Part shown: in pieces, positions 33,201 to 64,000 of the stretch
How positions within the stretch are numbered: the first letter of the stretch is position 1
How the letters are laid out: each line of letters begins with the position of its first letter
Assembly (NCBI RefSeq): GCF_028641065.1
Contig: NC_073402.1
Coordinates: 28,396,001 to 28,460,000 of the forward strand
Length of the DNA stretch: 64,000 nt
Source: Leucoraja erinacea
Lineage: Eukaryota
Direction of reading: 5' to 3'
Notes under the pieces: model-generated
What the model was told of the DNA's origin: nothing
The model's database searches: none
What the model saw: the letters and a program-made list of their open reading frames with translations, nothing else
Position numbers and translations under genes: made by a program

Positions 33201-35373
33201 CAGATGCTGGAAAATCGAGTACACAAAAAAGCTGGAGAAACTCAGCGGGTGCAAACACCTTTATTTATATCTGGGCTTCTTACAATAAAATTACTCATTA
33301 CTGGATGGCCTGAGGATAATATGCAGAATGTCACAGAACTGCTCTGGGTGTAAGAATGTTGGCTTCAATGAGTTATCTTATGACTGTGAGTGGGACTATT
33401 TTTAGAAATCTGTGGAGACACACTAGACTGTAGCTGCTGGAATCTAGAACAAAAAAAAAAAAACAGACTTCTGGAAGAACTCAGTGGGTCAAGCAGCATC
33501 TGTGAATGGAAATACGCACACAACGCCTCGGGGACCCATCTTCAGACTGCTGGTTTAGACAGAAGAAAGCTGGTAAGAAGTAGTGTGAGGAAGAGATGGA
33601 GCAACACCTGGTAAGTGATGGGTGGATACAAGGATTGATTGGCAAATGCTAATCAAAGTTACATTTGCACCCTTTCTCTTACCACCCCAATCCTCATTAC
33701 CATCTCGCCGACCTAATTCATCTGCCAGTCAACCCCTCCTTACCTGGATCCACCTATCACTTGCCAGCTCTTGCCTTGCCTGTTTCCCTCATCTCTTAAT
33801 ACCAGCTATCTGCGCCCCCTATTTCATCGGTTTGAAGAAAGGTTCCCATCCAAAACACCGTCTGTGCATTTACAAAACCTATCTAGGCTCTGTGGCAATT
33901 GAATATGTTTAACTTGCTTAAATGTTGTTAAGCTGGAAAGGGTACAGAGAAGATTTACAAGAATGTTGACGGGACTAGAGGGTCTGAGTTATAGGCAGAG
34001 GTTGAGTAGGCTGGGACTCTATTCCTTGGAGCACAGGAGGATGAGGAGTGATCTTATAGAGGTGTGTAACATCATGAGAGGAATAGATCGGGTAGATGCA
34101 CAGAATCTCTTGCCCAGTGTAAGTGAATTGAGGACCAGAGGACATAGGTTTAAGGTGAAGGGGAAAAGATTAAATAGGAATCTGAGGGTTAACGTTTTCA
34201 CACAAAGGGCGGTGGGTGTATGGAACAAGCTGCCAGAGGAGGTAGTTGAGGCTGGGACTATCCCAACATTCAAGAAACAGTTAGACAGGTACATGGATAG
34301 GACAGGTTTGGAGGGATATAGACCAAATTCTAGCAAGTGGGACTAGTGTAGCTGGGACACGTTGGCCGGTGTGGGCTGAAGAACCCGTTTCCATGCTGTA
34401 TCACTCTCTGACTCTATAACGTACAACTGTTTGAAGCATCTTCTGCTTGGTCGCACTAGGGACTTTTGGATTTGTTGTTTTGTACTATATTGGGGTTTTT
34501 TTTCCGTTTGCTTATTGTGTTATCTATCGACTACTGTATTTACAAACCTGTCGTGCTGCTGCAAGTTGGAATTTCATTGTACTGTTTTGTTACATATGAC
34601 GATGAAACATTCTTAACTGCCTCTTGGTCACTATTGATCCAATTTCCACAGATTTCTCCCTTGTGGCTTCTTTCCTCTCCATTGCTTGGGCTCTGCTGGA
34701 CTTTCATCAGTCCCTGCGCACATCTCTTTCTGACAAGATGCGTCTTCGATTCAAGTCGACTGTGCCGTACTTCCTGTGCCACCTGCTGCTCATCTGGCCC
34801 AGGATCATCAGCATTGCCCTCTTTGCGACCGTATTCAAACAGTATATCTTCTTGCACCTGGCTATAATTTGGCTGCCGATGTTCTTCTGGGCATGGCAGC
34901 AGGACACAACCTTTATGAACAGCTTTCCGGAAGAGGTCTTCTACAGAGGTACTGTGGCAGTGATCTTGTACTTCACATGGCTTAATATCGCTGAAGGAAG
35001 AACATTCATCAGGCAGATTATCTACCACTCATTCATGGCAGTGGATTGTGCAATCCTGGTTGGCTTTTGGTGGCTCCACAGAGACCCAGATTTAACTGAC
35101 CCCTACGCAATGCAGTTACTTATCGGAACATCATTATCTTATCTTATTGGTGTGGTTGTGAAATGTGTTTATTACAAGTATCTCCATCCCTTTGTTACGG
35201 CAGAGCACCTGCTCAGTACGGACGAAACGGACAGTTTACAGGAGGATGTATTTCGCTCAATCGGCGAGGACAGACCTTTGATGAACGAGAGAATGCAAAC
35301 CTTTTCCAATAGTTTTTACTCTGTACCTGAGGAAGACAGTCACGTCAGTAAAATGGAGGAAACTAAAATCTAA
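30271..35373 (+). CDS. XKR8: XK-related protein 8 (caspase-activated phospholipid scramblase), complete, 3 exons, 413 aa
   Basis: Exons 30271-30599 (FLLDLGTD.W...LHWLQLG), 31650-31840 (DISMLRLFESIFESAPQL), 34652-35373 (AWALLDFH, LLLIWPRI, ILYFTWLNIAEGRT, YYKYLHP, DETD). 1242 nt in frame; synteny SMPDL3B-XKR8-EYA3. Confidence 0.94.
31005..31215 (+). mobile_element. Penelope-like pLTR copy
   Basis: Core CTGAAGAAGGGTCTCGACCTGAAATATC (31091-31118, stem III mutated) and the family 3' end GCATCTGCAGTTCCT. Confidence 0.7.
31285..31503. other. Assembly gap in XKR8 intron 1
   Basis: Run of 219 N. Confidence 0.99.
32563..32659. mobile_element. 97-bp Tigger-like (MER47/Tigger5-like) MITE
   Basis: 23-bp TIRs CAG(C/A)TGCTCC(T/C)CGA(C/T)(C/T)TACGATG; TA TSD not preserved. 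Confidence 0.7.
33920..34420 (+). mobile_element. CR1 LINE 3' fragment
   Basis: ORF 33963-34346 (LSYRQRLSRLGLYSLE.RRMRSDLIE, RTRGH, FTQR.V.VWNKLP) plus 3' UTR. Confidence 0.85.
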
Positions 35374-38159
35374 ATCTATAATATTTTCTTACAATGCCAG
35401 TTTACAGGAAGGGACCTCCTCTGCCGCTGAATACATATTTATTTCAGGGCAAAATGTGCCATGTGGGCACATTTCAGCCGGAGTGTGCAAAGTTGAAGCT
35501 GGTCCTTGTAATGTTATTTTTGTTCCAAATGCCATCTCTCGAGGGCCACAATGCTGCAATGGGAGTCTGTCTGCCAACAACTGTAATATAACAATAAGCA
35601 AGTTATAGGTTCTCACTGTGAACCTTCAGCTTTGGATGTGCAATGGGGCCCGTGTGTGGAGGTGCACTGAACGGCTACAAAGATAACCGGCTCGTGATGG
35701 ATGTTGACAATATGTATGTGATGGTGACTCGACCCACTATATTCCTCATCTCAACCTCACCATCAGTTTTTAACTTTCAAACCCCTGACCTCACTGCGAT
35801 GCCCAGATAAAGGGCAATGTGGAAATCTGGTGTACGTAAGGCTAGATATTCGATTGGAAGACTCAACTCATGATGTGACACCATCAGGAGAAAGGACACG
35901 TTCAAGTTAACTTGTACATTTGGAAAAATCAATGTGTTTACAACATTTCCTCTTTGTAGTAATTGTGAAGGCAATTGCATTATTGATTGACATTATTTAT
36001 TCACCAAACAACGAGAATGTTCAACATTTGTTGTTGGGCTATTTAATAGCAAATTAATATCAGTATTAAGCCATGGGGAAACTGCTTTGATCACATTGCA
36101 CTGTGATCATCAGTAAACCAGAAATTTGCAAATCACTCCGCCTGCATTCAGCGGAACAATGAGTGATTCTAAACCACTTCCCAAATTCCTTAATTCCTGT
36201 CATAGTCGTATAAAGAAAATGAGTTAATTATACATATTATATAAAAATATTTTCTTTAAATCTAGCCTAGTGCTCTCAAGTGACACTGACATACTTTACA
36301 TTAATTGATGTAGATCTGGTACTATGCTTCAATTCTAAAATCAAGGAGATAAAAAAAGAACTAATATTGAAGTATACATTTACAGTGACTGAACATGATA
36401 ATTTAGTTTGTGTCAGTGTTGGCCAAGGAAGAGTTATCCAGTCTTGCCTTGCGAGGATAATCTGGATGGATCATTAGCAAAGGACATCTCTCTATCGCGA
36501 TATAGGGAAAAAGGAAACCAGCCTTTGGCTTCTTCGAATTAAACTGATCTCAAATGGGGAAAATACTAGCAGCAAATCAAGTGGCCATGACTGAAACACT
36601 TTGGAAACTGAAACACTGTAGAAATGTATGAATGGGATGATGCAACAGGTGAGGAAACAATCAAGCTGAGATATGGTCTGATTTTGTGTTTTGTGATAAA
36701 TTGTGCAATTAATATAGTCTTTAAAATGACTGCAAATTGTGAAGTGCAGAACACTATATGTAGAAGTGAATATCAAATGGGAAGTATTGCTAAGATTGGA
36801 TTTCACCCACTCAGGGCATAATAGACGTGCTCTCTGTATAGCATCAATGCTAAAGAGAAGCCGTGCAGATAAATGGGACCTATATTAATTTTTGTAAGGA
36901 GCTGTATTGACAGCCACTACTTGTCTGTCAGCTGATCACTGGGAATGGTGGCAGAGCTCAAAGAAACATGGCTTCTAGTGGGTTTTTTTTTTTTACCTCC
37001 TGTTCTATATTACACTCCAAATCTGTCCGTAAATGTGGAAACATGTTATGATAACTTGTGCTGTCTAGGGACAGTCAACATCGCAACAATGTCGGAAGCA
37101 CTAAGGCAGATTCCGCACGGTTTGTAACCAAGCCAATTTCCTGAACGGCCAAACTACTTCTGAAAGTGACGGCCAGATCACATTTATTTTTGATTTCCAT
37201 GTAGAAAATGGGTGATAACGATGTTTAAAGTTTCAGGATGCCTGTTGAAGTTTCTGTGTTGGTATTTCATTTAGAGAATGTGACAAAGGTGTGTGTGTGC
37301 AATGATTGGGAAAAACATGATCCAATTTACAAATCAATGTGGAAACGGTATTGAGTTGGGAATCGGGTTAATATTGATGTGCAAGTTCACATTGGTATAG
37401 TCGGGATGGGAAGCTGTTCATGCAGTGGAAAGCCATTCTCCAATTTCTTATGAATACTTGGTGCAGAAGAACGTACTGTGTGGATATGGACCATTCAAAG
37501 CAGATGTGTGTCTGGATATTTGAAGACCAATGTGTTTGTTATTTAGAGTAACACATTCTGTGATTGAAATGTTGAGTTACAACAATGTAACCTAATGGAA
37601 AATGTTCTGTTATTCCACTGGGCTAATTAGCCATCAAAATAAAATCAACAAGTTGTAGTGACTTATTTTAATTTGCTGATGCTTTTGGAAGTGTTAGTGC
37701 ATACTGGCTTTAAATCTGTATATTCACTCAATCTTGATACCCATAGCAGTAGGGAGTGCTGCCTTACAGCGCCAAAGATCCGGATTCAACCCTGTAAAGA
37801 GGAGTCGTAACACACTGTGTCTTTACTACTGTTTATTCATGATACACATACGTTGCTGCCCTAGCTGTTCGTGGTCTGTCACCGGGACTAGAGAGAGATC
37901 AATGGGTGGGAAGGTTGTAATTATACTTGTGATGTGGGGAGTGGTTAGTAATGGTGAGGTCACTATGTTAAAGGTACATGCACATGTCATCTACAAACCC
38001 TGACCATGGGTACTGTCTGGATGGAGTATGTATGTTCCACCTGTGAGTGCGTGGGGTTTTCTTCGGGTTCACCAGTTCCCTCCCACACTCCCAAGACATA
38101 TAGGTTTGTAGGTAATTGGCTTTGGTAAATGTGTAGGATAGTGTTAGTGTACGGGGATC

Positions 38160-39080
38160 ACTGATCATCCCCAATCAGTACCCCGTTCCTGCCTTCTCCC
38201 CACATCCCGACTCCGTTATTTTTAAGAGCCCTATCTAGCTCTCTCGAAAGCATCCAGAGAACCTGCCTCTCTGAGGCAAAGAATTCCACAGACTCACAAC
38301 TCTCTGTGAGAAAAAGTGTTTCCTCGTCTCCGTTCTAAATGGCTTACTCCTTATTCTTAAACTGTGGCCCCCTGGTTCTAGACTCCCCCAACATCGGGAA
38401 CATGTTTCCTGCCTCTAGTGTGTCCAAGCCCTTAACAATCTTATATGTTTCTATGCTGTAAGTCTAAAGTCAACTAGCTTCATGTTCCATATTGAATACC
38501 TTAACATTTCCAGCCCTTCCCACTTCTATACGTACCATTTATTAACATTTTCAGATGTATTTATTCTCTAAAGCCACTCACCACAGTAGAGAGGTCCTTG
38601 TTAGCTCATGACAGCTGTTTTAATGCTGCACAAGTGCTGACTTGCTAGTAGATACTCTATAACCAGGCAGCTCTTCATGCAGATCAAGGCCATCACCTCA
38701 ATCCCACCTGCAACAGTCCTCTGCCATTTCCAGATAATCACCCTTGGTTGCTAAGAGCTGCCAACTGCAAACTATCAGGGTTTAATGGGTCAGGGGATCA
38801 GGCAGAAGAAAGGGGTTAAGAGGGAAAGATACATCAGCCAATGTATAACACATTGTGGTGAGACTGCATTTAGAGTATTGTGTTCAGTTCTGGGCACCAT
38901 GTTATAGGATATTGCCAAGCTTGAAAAGATTCAGAAAAGATTTACGAGGATGTTGCCAGGTCTAGAGGGTGTGAGCTATAGGGAGAGGTTGAGAAGGCTG
39001 GGTCTCTATTCCATGGAGCGCAGGAGGATGAGGGGAGATCTTATAGAGGTGTGCAAAATCATGAAAGGAATAGATGGGGT
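38160..39080. mobile_element. CR1 fragments (38160-38455 minus; 38840-39080 plus)
   Basis: FSQRVVSLWNS motif on the minus strand; LEYCVQFW, SYRERL and RRRMRGDLIE motifs on the plus strand. Confidence 0.7.
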
Positions 39081-42062
39081 AAATCCACACACTCGCCACA
39101 ATTTTACCAAGCCAATTAACCTACAAACTTGTAAATCTTTGGAGTGGGAGGAAACCGGAGCACCCGGAGAAAGACCACACAGGTCACGGGGAGAATGTAC
39201 AAACTATACCCGTGAGGTCTCTGGCGCTGTAAGGCAGCATCTCTATCGCTCTGCCACCGTGCTGCCCATCTGTTCCAGACCCAAGTACACACTAAAGATC
39301 AGTTGGCACCACACCCATCACCACTCCCCGCAGGCAATCCAGCAACCGAACCAGATTGGCACAGACAAAAAATCTGCAAGTCTGAAAGTATCCGAGACAA
39401 CCAGGGTGTCAAGATTGTTTGTGTTTTACACTAATTGTAGATTTGATGGACAGAAATTATCTCGTGTCTGCCTCAAGGAGTTGTGAATTAGACGAACTGC
39501 AGCAAATCAAGGCTGTGTTTAAATCTGCTCTCCCTGAAGATACATTGGATCACTGGCCAATTTTGAAGGAGAGAACACTGGCTGGGATGCAATAGATGGC
39601 CTTTCAATGAATTGCTAAACCAGTGAGTAATACACTGAGGAACTAATGCGGCGGGCTATACAGGGAAAAGGGATGTAATGTCAATATGCAGAAGTGACAG
39701 GTCATAGAGTGATATAGCGTGGAAACAGGCCCTTCGGCCCAACTTGCCCCAGCTACACTGGTCCCACCTGCCCGCGTTTGGGCCATATTTGGCTTATACG
39801 TACATGGTAGTAGTCATTATCCAATTGAAAAATACCCCAAACAAAAATGGAGAATCTAGAAAGGTGGCTTTGAACAACACCCCAATCAGCCAATCAAACT
39901 TGCAATCTTGAATTGACTGGTATTAATTTTTTATTAACATCTTTACCACTACAAATTGGACAATTGTTACTTCTTACATAATTGTATCCCATGTGGCCAC
40001 ATAGCTGCCTGTATTGTATGAAACAAGTATTTAAGCAGATCACTCAATTATAACCTAAACAATCGTCAGATGGACCACTCAATGTCTCAATTCATGTAAG
40101 AAAACCACAGCAATTCACACGGCAATTGCATTTGTATTATTGCGTTACGGGAAAGTATGGACAGTTCTGCTGTTGACATCCGTGTATTATGCTGTGGTTT
40201 GTACCCGTGGTACAAACATTATGGACATTGGGCAGGTAACGCAGAGTGAAAAAAACATACATACATTAGTTTACAAAGCATAGAAAGCTTAAGAGAATAA
40301 TGTCAAGTGCATTACGGTGACTTTTGCCAAGATGTCATGATACTAAATATTTATATCACACTCCCAACTATTGAGGGGGAAAAAAGGCAAAATGGTCTTC
40401 ACAGTTGCTTGCGATAGTTTTTGTTCAACTACTGGCAAGGTCGCGGGAGATGACAGAACGATGACCACAGCTGATCCAAGTTGATCCCAAGGTGTACTAC
40501 CTTGAACTTAATTTGTCGCGTACAAATCATTCATCTTGGGAATGACACAGAAGATATTCATGTCACTATCTTTCAGATGATATTCAACACATTCTCTGCG
40601 TGAAGCATCATATCCAAACCTCCTATGAAATATTTCTGGTATATATTCCATAACTTGAACTCAATTTAATTTAAAACAATGGATCATGGTGCAAAATCCC
40701 AAATGCAAGGTAAGCACTGGATCAAAGAGAATTCAAACAAATTTTCAACATACAATTGCATTCCATATTTACGAATAAATAGTTCATAAATATTTTAAAT
40801 AAACAGCAGTAGGTCCAGCAACTATTTGTTTTTCTGTGTCGGTTTATTTATTCAGAGATGAACTAATACATGTTATTATCCGCACCTCAGATACCAGAGT
40901 TGCTCAAATCAAATATTTTCTAGGTGGCATTTGACTAAAAAAGGGAAAATCCACTTGTAATCACATAAAAATATGCCTGAACATTGAGTACAGCCGTTAA
41001 CAACAGAAAATCACTAATATAGTGACTCTGTTGTTGCCAGAGGATAGAATGAAGCATTTCAAATTTTGGAGGGAAAAACAGGATGAGGATCAGCATATTC
41101 CTTGTACCATTATATCAATTTATTGTCAAATTGTACAAAATATCAGAGACCTCCCTTTGATCTTTCCTCCTCCATCTCTCCCCAACCCCTCCAAACAAAC
41201 CTCCCTGCTGCGTCAGTTTCATCTCTTAGCGTTTTCCAGTTTTGATGAAAGGCCCTTCACCTGAATCATTAACTCATTTCACAAATGCTACCTAACCTGG
41301 GTATTCCCACCATTTCATTTGCTTTTAGTCGAGGCCATCATCTTCATCCTCCTTAACCACCAGGTAGCGTTAAAAAGGAAAATTAGCTGCTGATTTTGAG
41401 ATGCTATTTCATGCTCAGTCTACAGCCCTGCAACAGCACGGCAACATTCAGAATTACGTACAACCCAAGGAAAGCGTTTATTTTAAAAAATCTACCAGAA
41501 TTAAAAGACCCCAATTAAAATGAAGTCATATTTAAAAAAAAGTAGATAGGTCTGCTCCTTCAAATTTGTCAAAAAAAAAAATCTCCAATGCATTTCTGCA
41601 ACCAATTTCCCAATGTAACACTGCTGGATCCGACAATGCTTAAGTATAGATGTTGAGGAACATTTACACAGCAAGATTTCCAAAGAATGTCTTGCACACA
41701 GTCTCCTTATTAATAACAACAAAGGTTTCAGTGCATTTAAAAAGGAACAGGCACAGGCTTGACTACAGATCAATGCAAGATATGGTCTTATTTTAAAGAT
41801 CCAATTCAAAGGATTTTTGCATTTGAGCACATTTTAAAAACAGGGCAGTAATTTCACCCTATAAAAAGCTCTTGCACCCCGTGCATGTCTGTACTTAAGT
41901 TAATGCCCAACATTAATAAGCAGATCACTCCGATATCTGGACTGCTCACTGCCCTAACAGTTTTTGTCCAGGGTTGACAAGAATCATTATGAACATAGTT
42001 AGTGGTCCACACTGAAGCAAGATGCAAGCCACATGGAGCTCAGCTTTGTGTTCCTTTCCAGT

Positions 42063-63327
<21,265 letters not shown>

Positions 63328-63399
63328 CTGAAGAAAAGAAAAAAGTTATTCTTGGGAACTTACATTTATTATTCTTTAAAACTTTGATTTTAAGTAAGG

Positions 63400-64000
63400 T
63401 ATAATTGAAAATGCCGCTGCCAGAGTCTTGACCAACACCAAGAAAATGGACCACATTACACCTGTCCTTAAATCTTTGCACTGGCTCCCTGTGTGTAAGA
63501 GGATAGATTTTAAAATTCTGTTACTGACCTACAAGGCACTGAATGGTCTAGGTCCAAAATACATCTCTGACCTACTTGTTGTAATATGAGGCGCCTAGAC
63601 TCCTCAGGTCTTCAGGGATAGGTTTATTCTGTGTTCCCAGGGTCAGAACTAAAAAGGCTGAAGCAGCATTCGGTTTTTATGCTCCACACCTGTGGAACAA
63701 GCTCCCTGAACACCTGAGGTGTGCACAGACTGTAAGCGCATTTAAATCAGGCCTAAAAACACTGTTGTTCACTATAGCTTGTCCATAACCCGACATGCAG
63801 GTAATCTTAACCGTCTAATTTTAACCCTTTTATGTACTTTTTTAAATCGTTTTATTGTTTCATTGACGTTGTTTTATTATCCATATATTTGTCGTATTGC
63901 TTATTTTGCAATTTTTAATTATTGACTTTTTTTTTTCTTTCCTGTAAAGCACCTTGATTGCTGTTTGCACGAATGGTGCTATACAAATAAACTTGCCTGC
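63400..64000 (+). mobile_element. L2 LINE 3' fragment
   Basis: NAAARVLT, HITPVLKSLHWLPV, FKILLLTYKALNG and APHLWNKLP motifs; GTGCTATACAAATAAA end. Confidence 0.85.

Overview
Vertebrate genomic DNA, most likely from a cartilaginous fish such as a skate or ray (inferred from HE1-like V-SINEs, the repeat landscape and protein divergence). It carries the conserved synteny block RPA2(-) / SMPDL3B(+) / XKR8(+) / EYA3(-). I reconstructed 34 coding exons by hand, all with GT-AG boundaries and consistent phases. SMPDL3B (452 aa) and XKR8 (413 aa) are complete; RPA2 lacks its last exons and EYA3 its first exons because they lie outside the window. Introns are dense in retroelements: a young, internally deleted Mag-type Gypsy LTR element in RPA2 intron 1, a 5'-truncated Rex1/Babar LINE abutting a SMPDL3B splice acceptor, CR1 and L2 fragments, V-SINEs and DNA-transposon MITEs. 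The most striking non-obvious signal is about 20 short Penelope-like (PLE) pseudo-LTR copies, many retaining a minimal hammerhead-ribozyme core (CUGAAGA-stem II-GAAAC-GUH). Many of these are TSD-flanked palindromes folded at or beside the ribozyme. A second signal is a set of non-coding retroposons that share a covarying 3' hairpin with the Rex1/Babar LINE. All homology statements come from recalled family knowledge, not database searches; repeat boundaries are approximate unless a TSD or TIR is quoted.
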